DNA of 64,000 bases. Source: Chiloscyllium plagiosum (Eukaryota). The notes under the pieces were generated by a model. The model was not told the DNA's origin. It saw nothing but the letters and a program-made list of their open reading frames with translations, and searched no databases. The stretch is taken from assembly GCF_004010195.1 (NCBI RefSeq), contig NC_057750.1:18045466-18109465 (forward strand), given 5' to 3'. The position numbers and the translations under genes were made by a program. Positions 40,355 to 52,099 of the stretch are shown piece after piece; the stretch's first letter is position 1, and each line of letters begins with the position of its first letter.

Positions 40355-40484
40355 CAGAGGAACCTCGATTATCCAAAGGACACTGGCAGGAGTAACATTG
40401 TTTAGCCAAGCAACAGGACCTTGCGATCTTGCCAAATAAGCAAATATTCTGATAATGGAATGCCAGATAATCGAGGTTCAGCTG
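40355..40484. mobile_element. Tc1/pogo (Tigger-like) MITE; related copy at ~36876-36990
   Basis: TA-flanked TIRs CAGAGGAACCTCGATTATC / GATAATCGAGGTTCAGCTG. Confidence 0.8.
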
Positions 40485-40551
40485 TACAAAGATTTAAAAA
40501 GGACACGAGGGGCTACGTTTGTTTTAAAACCACTGAGCGGTTTGTGTGTGG

Positions 40552-40882
40552 AATCATAACAACCCCAGTGTGGAAGCAGGCCATTCAGCCTATCGAGTCC
40601 ACACCAACCCTCCAAAGAACATCCCAACCCATCCCTGTAACCCTGCATGTCCCACAGCTAATCCACCTAGACTGAACAGCCTGGACACTAAGGGAAATTT
40701 ATGTGGCCAATCCACCTACTCTACACATCTTTGAACTGTGGGATGAAACCGGAGAATCCAGAGAAAACCCGTGCAGACACAATGGAGAATGTACAAACCC
40801 CACACAGGCTACCCCAGAGGGTGGAATCTAACCTGGATCTTGGCACTGTAGGGGGGCAATGCTCACCACTGAGCCACCATGT
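40552..40882 (-). mobile_element. HE1-type V-SINE
   Basis: Reverse-complement head CCACTGAGCCACCAT and V-domain. Confidence 0.8.
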
Positions 40883-41207
40883 CAGAGAAGCTGCAGGTTC
40901 AGTTACAACATTTAGAAGACATTTGAATAATTACATGAATAGGAAAGCTATGGAGGGATATGGGCCAAGCACATAGGACTAGTTTAGTTTGGGAACATTA
41001 TTGGTGTGGACTTGTTGTACCAAAGGATCTGTTTCCATGCTGTATGCATGTATGACTATGCGCCAGTACAACTCCTACCAGTGGAGAGTTTGCTCCAATA
41101 TCCAAAGATTACAGTTTTGCTAGGATAAACCGTGATGCCACACTGGGTCAAATGTGACCTTGATGTCAATGGCTGACACTCTCACCTCACTCAGAGTACT
41201 GGAGGAT

Positions 41208-42269
41208 GCTGGAATGCCATGCTTCTCGGAATCCGCGCAGTTTGCCTTGTCCTAGGATGGATGTGTTGGCACGGTCGAAGTGGTGTCCATCCTCACCTGT
41301 ACGTAAAGATACTAGTGAGAGAGGGTTATGTATTTTTGTGGCTAGTTGACGTTCATGTATCCTGGTGGCTAGTCTTCTGCCTGGCTGTCCAATGTAGTGT
41401 TTGTTACAATTCTTCCAAGGTATTTTGTAAATGACATTAGTTTTGCTTGTTGCCTATAGAGGGTTCTTCAAGTTCATTAGCTGCTGTTTTAGTGTGCTGG
41501 TGGGTTTGTGGGCTACCACGATGCCAAGAGGTCTGAGTCGTCAGCCAGACATTTCCGAGATGTCTTTGATGTAGGAGAGAGTGGCTAGGGTTTCCAGACG
41601 TGTTTTGTCTGTTTGTTTGGGTTTGTTGCTGAGAAATTGGCGGACTGTGTTCGTTGGGTACCCGTTCTGTTTAAATACGCTGTATTGGTAAGTTTCCTCT
41701 GCTCTTTGTAGTTCTTCTGTGCTGCAGCATGTTTTCAGAAGATAGTTCAGTATTTGGTCAGTATGTTTTCCTACTGACCGCTGGTTTGAAGTTCCCCACT
41801 GGCTATTCACTCTACTACGACATCTAGGAATGGCAGTTTGTTGTTGTTTTCCTCCTCTTTGGTGAAATTTATGCCAGTGAGAGTATTACTGATGGTCTTG
41901 AAGGTTTCCTCTAATTTTCTTTATGACAACACATCCATCCTGGGACAAGGCAAACAGAGACACTGCAAGAATTCCGAGAAGCATGGCATTCCAACCGGAA
42001 CTCTTATCAACAAGCACATTGACTTGAATCCCATTTACCACCCCCTGAGAAAAAAAGAACAGGAAGTGACATCATCACAGGAAACGACATTACCAACCCA
42101 AGGAAACCTAAACACACAAATGAAAAGCAAACCATACCACCAGTGCTTCATCCGGAGGCTCACTGATGTTACCTAGTATGGTGATAAAACATCCGAAAAC
42201 GAACTTTCCAGCTCAGCAAGCAAACCTACATCCAGAACCTCAACCTGAGCTACAAATCTTCTCAAAACC
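41208..42269. mobile_element. Penelope-like element with opposed arms (minus to ~41918, plus from ~41920)
   Basis: NGYPTNTV..LATLSYIKDISEM; DNTSILGQ; pLTR at the right end. Confidence 0.85.
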
Positions 42270-42780
42270 CACCAATCCTAGTTTTTCTAGCCTCTCTTTA
42301 TAGCTCACACTCTCTAATCCAGGCAGCATCCTGGTAAACCTCTTCTGCACCCTATCCAAAGCCTCCACACCCTTCCTGTAATGTAGCAACCAGAATTGAT
42401 CACAGTATCCCAAGCGTGGTTTAAACAAAGTCTTATAAAGCTGCAATGTGACACCCTGACTCTTGTACTCAATTCCTCGACCAAATAAAGGCAAGCATGC
42501 CATATGCCTCCTTTACCACCCTATCCCACTTTCAGGGAGCTATGAACATGAACCCCAACATCCCTTGTACATCAATGCTGTTCAGGGTCCTGCCACTAAC
42601 TGTATACCTGAACATTTGATCTCCCAAAGAGCAGCACCTCACTTGCCCAGGTTAAACTCCATTTGCCATGCCTCACCCATTTCTGCAACTGATGTATATC
42701 ATCTGTATCCATTGACAACCTTCTACACTATCCACAACTCTACTGATCTCTCTCATCTGCAAACTTACTAAGCCACCCAT
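42270..42780 (-). mobile_element. CR1 RT fragment
   Basis: LQLYKTLFKPRLGYCDQFW..RVQKRFTRMLPGL. Confidence 0.8.
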
Positions 42781-43799
42781 ATAAGTATATATTCACAAAC
42801 CTTTTGAATCAATAGCAAGAGATAATGTCTCTGAGCCACCAATGCTTTATGAATGTTTTGTATCAATGATCGTATAGCTTGAATTCATCAGAAGTCCTAT
42901 ATTAGTTCAAGTTTTATTATATCTGAATGAGATCAGCATCTATGATCTGTAAAGACAACATTCTGATTAAAAGCCGAGAAAAACTGAAGTTTGAATACTA
43001 TGTGGCAGCAAATGTGCAAGGTATTTTCCCCTCCATCTGCCTCAAAAAAATGTCCAAAGTGGAACTGGGTGATGTTCACTGTTTAAAGTCTTGCAACTTT
43101 TGGAGAAGCTGTATTTGATACATTTGAGACAAGCTTAGACAAGTGTCAATAGGTTGAAAAGCTACACCGCAGTAGATTCTTGGATTTTTAAGTTGCAATT
43201 TGTCATATCTCCAGAAAGGCGACATGCCTTTCACTTTCTCAATCAAATGAAAAAGCAATACTCAAGAATTTGAAAAGAAAACCAGGCAACTCAAAGACAG
43301 ACCTTGGGTCCAAATGACCAGCTACTGAAGTAAGGATGTTCCAATATTTGTGGTTAGTAATATATCATCTAAAAACATCAGAACCATGACAAAGTCAATG
43401 CGTCCCATCCCTGTGGTATGGACAGTTCATCCATAGAATGTATTCTTTTTTGTTTTCCACCCAAAATATTTCTGCACAATATCTGTCTTGTCTGTCCAAC
43501 TTTTGAATGAAAAAGATATTTAAAAAGGTTTAAAGGGAATATAGTTTAAGTGTAACAGTATTAGAGGGGAAATATAGGCTTACAAAGCAAACGAATATGG
43601 CAGAGTTACTGTGCAGCTATTTGGATAATATTTAGAATGCAGGAAGGAACCAAGTTTACAGAAACAGAAAATATGCATAGCAAATTTTGCCATTCATCTC
43701 CATTTTCATCCAAAGGCAAAATTAGTGCTGTTTCCTTGAATGCACAGTATTCAGAAAAAATAAATACAGCTTAATGATCTAACAGCCACTACAAAGACA

Positions 43800-46700
43800 T
43801 GGTTATAATATCAAAGCAATGGATTAAATATTCATGAGTATGTGACTTTCTGAAAGGGTAAAGTGAAAGGAAAGGGTGGTAGTGTATCATTGCTGATACA
43901 GCATGGAATAAAAAGGAAAAGAAAATATTGATAGTAGTAGTTTACAGGGCCCCTATTCGCAACTGTGGGATAGAGAATAAATCAGGAAAGAAGAGGGCAT
44001 GCAAAAGCAGTACATTAATCATGGATGACTTTAATCTTCACGTAGATTGGGATAGTTGAAATCAATAGGGAAGCCATGAGAAAATGTATCGGGGTCAGTT
44101 TCCTTGAACAATATGTTGCGGATCCAACCAGATTTCATAAATTAAGTCAGAGTAAAGATTTGCAGTAAAAGTATGCAGACAAGAAGAGAATGTGCAAACT
44201 CCACAAAGAGAGTCGCCTGGGAGTGGAAGCAAACCCGAGTCCCTGGCGCTGAGGTACATTTGACCTCCTGGCCACTGACTCCATGCCTCAGCTTGGTAAG
44301 TGGTTGAAGCTAAATGTAGAAGGTAGTTGCTGTTCAATTTTTCCCAATATGTTGAAAGGATTCAGAAAATATCTACAAGGATATTGCCAGGCTTGGAAGG
44401 TTTGAGCTGTAGGGAGAAGCTGAATAGGCTGGGGTTGTTTTTCACAGGGCGTTGGAGACTAAGAGGTGACCTTATAGAGGTTTAGAAGGTCATGAGAGGC
44501 ATGGATAGAGTAAATAGACAAGGCCTTTTCCCTGGGGTGGGGGAGTCCAGAGCTAGAGAGCATTGGTTTAGGATGAGAGGGGAAAGATTTAAAAGGGACC
44601 TAAAGGGGGAGCATTTTCATGCAGAGGTTGGCCCATGTATGGAATGAGCTGCCAGAGGAAGTGGAGGAGGCTGGTCCAATTACAACATTTAAAAGGCATC
44701 TGGACTGGCATATGAATAGTAAGGGCTGAGAGGGATATGGGCCAAATGCTGGCAAATTGGGCTAGATTAATTTAGGATATCTGGTCAGCATAGACGTGTT
44801 GGACTGAAGGGACTGTTTACTTGCTGTACACCTCCATGACTATCCCTGGGAAACAGCAACTATAACATGAAGGTGGAGGAACTTAGGGTTGGAAACAACT
44901 GTGCTAAGCTTAAATAAGAGTAATTGCAAAAGAATGATAACAGTGCTGACTGGAGTGGACTGGGGAAGGTGCTTAGCAACGAAGACAATTGAGGAACAAT
45001 GGCAGACATTTAAGACATTAGATCATAGCTCAAAGCAAATACGTTTTCCAGTGAGAAAGAATATTCTATGAAGGAGTTCAGCAAATCACAGTTAACCAGG
45101 GATGTTAAAGATGGCATCAGATCGAAAGAAAGATGGCACAATGGTTAGCACTGCTGCCTCAGTGCCAAGGACCCAAGCCTCGGGCAACTGCCTGTGTGCA
45201 TGTTCTCCCCATGTCTGTGTGGGCTTCCTATGGGCACTCCAGTTTTCTCCCATAGTCCAAAGATGTGCATGTTAGGTGGATTGGTCATGCTAAATTACCT
45301 GTAGTGTCTAGGGATGTGCAGGTTAGGTGGATTAGCCATGGAAACCTGTTGTTGTTGTGAACCTTTGAAATTCTCTGTCCCAGAGATTTGTGGTAAATTC
45401 AGGACTGAGATCAATTTTGATTTCTTCAGAGCATCAAAGAGCAACAAATCATCAAGCATCTTCAGACGCTTAGGGGTGACCTTATAGAGGTTTATACAAT
45501 CATGAGATGCATGGATAGGATAAATAGACAAAGTCTCTCCCCTGGGGTGGGGGCGTCCAGAACTAGAGGGCATAGGTTTAGGGTGAGACTATGACTCTAA
45601 ATGCAGGGTTACAGGGACAGGATGGGGGGGGGGGGGGAGAAGAAGGGGAAGGGTCTGCATGGGATGCTCTTCAGAGGGTCAGTATTCACTTTATGGGTTG
45701 AATGGCCTGCTTCCACACGGTAGGGATTCTAAAGTTCCAGGAACTTTGGAGATTCTGAAAACATCCTGGAGGGTTGGGCAACTTCCAATGAAACATCTTT
45801 ATTTAGAAAGGCAAGGAGACCAAAAAAAAAAATCAGGACCAAGTGGTCAGTTAACTTAATGTCTGTTATTGGGAAAATGCTAGAGTCTACTATAAAGGAT
45901 GTGATATCAGACTGTTTAGAAATGCATATGTTCAAGCAGAATCATCATGACTTTGTGAAGGGGAAATCATGCCCGACAAATTTACTAGGTTTCTTTGAAC
46001 ATGTAACAGGAAGATAAAGGGGAACCAGTGAATATATTTGGATTTTCAGAAAGCATTTGATAAGGTATCACACATTAGGGTACTTAGTAGAGTCCACACA
46101 ATCAGATGTAGAAAGTTAGTGTATGATAGCCAGGATGTGAAAGTGTTGGACTGAGGTGGACAAGGTCAGAAGTTACCTATCACCAGGTTATAGTCCAACA
46201 GGTTTATTTGAAATCACAAGCTTTCAGAGCGCTGACTCTTCGTCAGGTGAAATCTGACCTTCTAACTTATGTGACTTCTCACCTTATGATTGCCATCTTT
46301 GTGGATGACAAAGATAAACAGGAATGCAAGTGTTGTGGATAACACAATATCTGCAGAGGGATGTAGTCAGCTTACGTAAGTGGACAATAAACTGGCGATG
46401 GAATTAAATGAAGTTACACAATCTGACAGACAAATAGAGAAGCTGAATAGAATTTAAATGGAGAAAGACTGTTGAAAGCTATAGAACATGGGGATCCTCC
46501 ACAAATCACCAAATTCTAGCATCAATTTCAGCAGGTAATAGGGAAGACAACTTAAATCTTGGCATTTATTTCAACGTGAGTGGAGTGTAAAATGAAGGAG
46601 CTTTGCTAAAGCTATACAAAGTACTGGTCATTTAAGACAGATGGAGGGCAAAATCGCCTCTCGGTTGTGGAATTCTTTATCACAGAGGGCTATTGAGATT

Positions 46701-46850
46701 GGATCATTTTTATTTAGTCAAGCCCAAGATAAATTTTAATTACTAAAAGGAATCAAAGGTTCTGGGGAAAAAAAAAATAGGTAAGTGGAGTTGAAGATTA
46801 TCAGATCACTTGCATTCTGACTGAATGACAGAGTAGAGTTAGAGTCAATA
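43800..46850 (+). mobile_element. Decayed CR1 with nested SINEs (~44165-44290, ~45133-45732), CR1 3' ends and a pLTR-type element (~46130-46260)
   Basis: EN motif IMDDFNL, RT motifs, HE1 heads. Confidence 0.65.
46214..46250 (-). ncRNA. Minimal type I hammerhead ribozyme motif (putative)
   Basis: TCAC-CTGACGA-AGAG(tcagcg)CTCT-GAAAG-CTT-GTGA: complete core, 4-bp helix I, helix II, palindromic AAGCTT in place of helix III. Confidence 0.6.
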
Positions 46851-48696
46851 ATCCATTTTGCCATTTGGTAAAGGGCGTTTGCTCATAAGTTAGTTTTCTG
46901 TTTATTGATGAAACATGACAGCTTGTCCTAGATAGCAGTCAAAAATCAGGTAAATTAAATTTGATTCATTCATAATTTTAAGATTACCCATGAAGTAGTG
47001 GAACTTGATTACCAGTGCACTCCTTCCATCAGGGTTGTGACATAAGCTTCTATTCAGAATGGGCTGGTGATCTTTCTATCAGAGTTTTGGAATCCAAAGT
47101 TAATTACAATTACTGCCCAGCATACTCTCACTACATGACCAATGAATCCATTAAGCAGCCTTTATTTCACAAGTGAGATGGGTCGAACCAGCAAATTTTA
47201 TGACAAGTATTTGCAACCATATTCTGAACAAGTTCAACTGATGTGTAATTTTCCAGACACACAGCTTCTGCTCTTTCTGTAGTGTAATCCCTCTATTCTC
47301 AGTACGCCTTCAATACGCGTTAGCTATTTTGCAGCCTTCAGTGACGCTATTGGTTTGCAATGAAGTGGTCACATGCTAACCTGCAACATAAGTAAACAGT
47401 TGGTGAAGAAAAAGCAATGTTTTTATGGAAAGAATATACCACAAAAGGAGGACGATAACAGTGAGAAAAGGAATCATCATTTGTTAAACATGAATAACTT
47501 TGATGTATTTCACCAAAGGTCAGATCATGTAATGGAGTTGGATTTGTGTATGGCCTTTCAGGACTTCTTGCTTCATTAAATATTTATTTATGGACACAAT
47601 GAATAAACTGTTGAATTTCACCAGTTCCAACAAAAAAAAGGTGTTAAAGCATCTAAATATGTGTAAATCAAATATAAAAGAAATAAGAATAGATGGGGAG
47701 GCCTTTCATATTAATTCTGTTATTCAGTATAATCATGGCTAATCTTTGGCATCAGCTCCACTTTCCTGTCTGTTTCCCATATTGCTCAATTCTAAGAAAT
47801 CAAAAAGATCTGTCTATATTCAACATCCACAGCCTTCTAGTGACGTAGATCAAAAATTACTTCATATTCCTGTTATACATGAATCCAACAGAAGGCAGCC
47901 ATTCAACTTATTGTCTTGTACCTGCGCCAAATCTTTGAAAGTTGACAATAATTCATCCTCCCTTGTTCTTCTCAGATAGTTGAAAAAATATTGAAAATTA
48001 TATATCCTAGTTAAAAGTCAGGGTTGAATCAAATTCCAACTCCTTTTGAGCCTGTCTATTATAGATCACTGAAAACCTGCATGAAATAATTGATAAAGAA
48101 GTCTGATTTTATCTTAAAATGTGTCCTCTTTACCAAACTACCAGCCAGCAGAATCAACGGAAAAAATAAAACAATACTGCACACTGTCTAAATGGGAAGT
48201 AAGTGGATTGGTTAGCATGTTCACATTGGGTTAGCATGTGACATTTCACTGCAAACCAATAACATCACTGAAGGCTGCAAAATTTAGACAGCAACATTTT
48301 GAACATTAGATGTTGCTCTTTAAATTCAGCAATCTTGTGGGATGATATCAGCTTCAAAGGTCACAGTCATTTCTAAAATAGTGCTCAGTAACAATAAAGT
48401 TGGCAGAAGCTACAAGGAGTTTTCAATTCAAAAAGACAAATAGTTCAGCTGGAGATACCACCAATTTGGACAGACTTTACAGGTATCACACTTTATGCTA
48501 ATACACTATACATGAACATCTTGTTTATGTAAACTTGCTAATGATGCCCATAGTTTTGAAAGTAACCTTTGAATACTGATTGGACAATATTATCCTACAA
48601 TCAAGGATTTGTAGAGAAATCTACAAAAACACCACAAACAAAGATGGAAGTCATCTAGCCAGACATATGGACAGAAACGCCAGATGAAAATTTTAA

Positions 48697-48893
48697 ACCA
48701 CCAGGTTTTGGTCCAACAGGTTTATTTGGAAGCAATAGCTTTCAGACCGCTGCTTCATCAGATTCTTATCAATCTGATGAAGGAGCAGCGCTCCAAATGC
48801 TAGTGCTTACAAATAAACCTGTTGGACTATAACCTGGTGGAGTGTGATTTCTAACTTTGTACACCCTAGTCCAACAACGGCACCTCCAAATCA
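48697..48893. mobile_element. Fold-back pLTR-type element with a hammerhead-like core on each arm
   Basis: Inverted arms around ~48767; CTGATGA-A-GGAGC(agc)GCTCC at 48774; same family as ~46130-46260. Confidence 0.75.
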
Positions 48894-49849
48894 TTTCAAG
48901 AACAGACTTCATGAGTTCTGATAAATAACCAAAATCCTTAATAAACTATAGATGAAAGTATGTTGCTAGGCTTTTTCCTCTAACTTTGGTTCATTTCTGA
49001 AAACAAACATGTATGGCACATGACTCCTCTTGACATGGTGCTTATGCCCAAAACGTCGATTCTCCTGCTCCTTTGATGCAGCCTGACCTGCTATGCTTTT
49101 CCAGCAACACATTTTTCAGCTTAGAAAGTGGTCACCAAAAGCTCACCTTCTATTACCAGAACAGTCTGTTCCCAGACTCCCTTTGGCCATTCTAAGCCCC
49201 ATCAACCAGACAGACCAACACTCATCAGACCCCAGATAGTGCCAACTGCACCCCCCACCCCCATCCATAGCCATTTTACAAGCACCACAATTTCCCCAAC
49301 AAGACCTGTCTTTCTTCAACCACAACTACCAAGAGTCCAATGCTCACCACAACCTGGACCATCACACAGAGGGCACTGCCCCCCACTCACAACCTTCCTC
49401 ACCCCAGTGAACATCATTTAGCCCAGACACAATCCTGCAAGCCCAATTTCTCAATGCAGAGACTGACTGGCGTACCCTAAATCCTTGCACCCCCAAGACA
49501 TGGACTCCACTCCCCAGTTACTTCCCCCACCCCAGCCCGTCCTGCAGTCTAACTCCTCCTCCCTCCAAACACTTGCCCAAGTCGTCACCACTCCTCGACT
49601 AGACATTGGTCCCACCTTAGCCCTGGAAACAGGGATACCATCCCACCAACCAATGCCTCACCTCATATATCCAAACTACGGATACTGCCTCCACCCCCCT
49701 CCCCTTAGACACTCCTTTCTCCGTCTCCGCAACATGCCTCCCTACAATCAACCAAACTACACCCCAATACTATCCCACCTCCCTCCAAGATTGTCTCCCG
49801 ACCCCACTTGCCAGACATTTGCCCCCGCCTCCCGGGCAGTTTCTTCCCC

Positions 49850-50660
49850 TCCCCGCTCAGATATCCTCCTCCTCACCCCAAGCCCCGAGACACAGCTTCG
49901 CCCCTCCCTCCCACCCCAAATACCCCGCGCAACTACCAGCCCCTTACCCGCTCAGTGCCCGCCTTGGCCGTCGCTCGGGATCTCCGGAGGTTGATGGCAG
50001 GCGGTGAGCGGAGTAGGTTCTTAATGCGGCTGGTGATGCTACCGCTCCCCGTAGCGGCTGCCGCCATTCGACCTCGAGTCCCAGGAAGACAGAGTCGTCC
50101 CAAAGAGAATGAGAAAAAAAAAGTTTCCACCGCACAGAAAATAACAACTTTTTTAAAGAAGTACACACACTCAGACCGCTTCTAAAAACCTATCACGTTA
50201 AGAGTAAGATGGGAGTGAACGGCTTGTTTATTGACAGCCTTAATCACCACCTCCCAGGCGCACTCGTGGCCTGAGATTTAAATACCAGCCGCTAACGGCC
50301 GCTCCAACCGCCAACTCGACGCGCGCACCCCTTCAAATTCAAACCGCCACGGCCCACTGGAAGATAGAAGGCTGATTGACAGGCGTGGTACCCAGTTACT
50401 CATCCAGCTCACCGACATCCCGCCCACTAACGCGCGTCAACTGTAAAGGGATCCCTATTCTGATCTGATGATTGGATGGTGGTGATGGGCAAGCGATCAA
50501 ACTAATAGTCTTCCTCGACCTCGTAGTCCCGCCCTCTGGGATCGATAGAAGAATGGCTTCTGTGGCTTCGACTCGACTCGAATATAATCTGATCCATAGA
50601 AAATCTGGTGGTACTTTTTGCTTTTTACCCTCCAACCTTTCGACTCCGTGATCGGAGGTC
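49850..50660 (-). promoter_or_regulatory. CpG-island promoter of the WD40 gene with tandem CHR, GC boxes and CCAAT box
   Basis: Clearest CpG-dense host stretch in the window; minus strand GGCGG-TTTGAA-TTTGAA at 50332-50348, GC boxes at ~50419-50425 and ~50528-50534, CCAAT at 50471-50475. Confidence 0.75.
49948..50067 (-). CDS. wdr62: WDR62/MAPKBP1-family WD40 protein, coding exon 1 (MAAAATGSGSITSRIKNLLRSPPAINLRRSRATAKAGTER)
   Basis: ATG at 50067 in a CpG island; 120 bp ending CGG|gtaagg; ITSRIKNLLRSP..I.LRRS matches the MAPKBP1/WDR62 N-terminus; phase 0 joins exon 2. Paralog assignment (wdr62 vs mapkbp1) is less certain than the family call. Confidence 0.9.
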
Positions 50661-52099
50661 AGTTACATGAACCCCTAAAGAATTCAACTTATCATTCCTC
50701 TTGTGGTAATCTTTCAACTATTAGGTCCATTTAGCCTATGCCAACTTGCCGTTTTTTTTATTGCCCATTCCAGGTTGCCCTTGAGAAGATGTTGGTGAAT
50801 TGCCTTCTTGAGCAAGTCACTGTAGTAGACGTCTATTGAAAGGAATGGTGATATATTTCCAAGTCAGGATGAGGTGTAGTTTGGAGGGGAGCATGTAAGT
50901 GGTGGTGTTCCCATATAGCTGCTTCTAGATAGTAGTGGTCTAATGATCATCAGTGAATTTCTGAAGTGCATCTATTAGTTGGTACCTACTGAACATTGAT
51001 GGTAGAGGGAGTGTCTGTTTGTAATGTGGTGGTAATCAAGCTTCTTGAAAGTCATTGGAGCTGCACTTATCCAGACAAATGGGGAATATACCATCATATT
51101 CCTGATCTCTGACTTGTAGAGGGTGGATAGACTTTGGGGATTCAGGTGGTGAGTTACTGGTTGCAAAATTGTTAGCTACGGTATATATGATGAGACTAGT
51201 TTAATTTCTGGTCAGTACTAACTCTAAGATGTTGATAGTGGTGGTCATGTAACTGAATGCCAAGGGACGATGACTACCTCCAACAACAGAATCTAACTAT
51301 AGTGACTGGATGTTCAATTGCATTACCATTTCAGAATTCCCAATGTCAACATCCTAGGAGATTTACCATCAGTGACAACTGTACTCCCCACCCATATAAA
51401 CATTGTGGCTACAAGAGCAGAGGCTTGTAACCCTGAAACGAATAATTCACCTCCTGATTAGCGAGTCTTTGAGAAGATTTGTGGCTCAGGTAGAGGTTCT
51501 GGATGTAGGTTTGCTCGCTGACCTAGAAGGTTCGTTTTCAGACATTTTGTTACCATACTATGTAACATCATCAGTGAGCCTCCGGATGATGCACTGGTGG
51601 CATGGCCTGTTTTCTGTTTATGCGTTTAGGTTTCCTTGGGTTGGTAATGTCATTTCCTGTACTTTTTCCTCAGGGGGTGGTAAATGGGATCCAAGTCAAT
51701 GTGATTGTTGATGCTTCTAGGAATTCTTGTGCGTGTCTCTATTTGGCTTCTCCTAGAATGGATGTGTTGTCCCAGTCGAAGTGGTGTCCTTCCTCATCTG
51801 TAGGTAAGGATACTAGTGAGAGTGGGATGTGTCTTTTTGTCGTTAATTGATGTTCATGTAGCCTGGTAGCTAGTTTTCTGCCTGTTTGTCTAATGTAGTG
51901 TTTGTTACAGTTCTTGCAAGGTATTTTATAAATGTTGTAAATTTTGTAAAAACTGCTCTGCCAACCATCCAACCCAAACTTTGGGTCCCGCTGCGTCGAT
52001 GACACCTTTCTCATCACTAAATGAAACAAATTAGAAGAAACCTTCAAGAGCAGCAATAATACCTTTACTGGCATAACATTCAGCAAAGAGGAGGAAAAC

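Noticed and set aside
42780..43500. Non-repeat-looking stretch that might be a decayed gene or transposase (similarly ~23640-24200 and ~14640-15070)
   Set aside because: Stops in the frames read and no motif I could assign; needs a translated search.
49128..50185. Proline-rich plus-strand ORFs (up to 169 aa)
   Set aside because: By-product of the C-skewed, CpG-rich sequence antisense to exon 1/intron 1; non-ATG starts and no recognisable domain.
50200..51450. Possible head-to-head partner gene on the plus strand
   Set aside because: No convincing coding exon or donor found; the sequence passes into TE remnants by ~50750.
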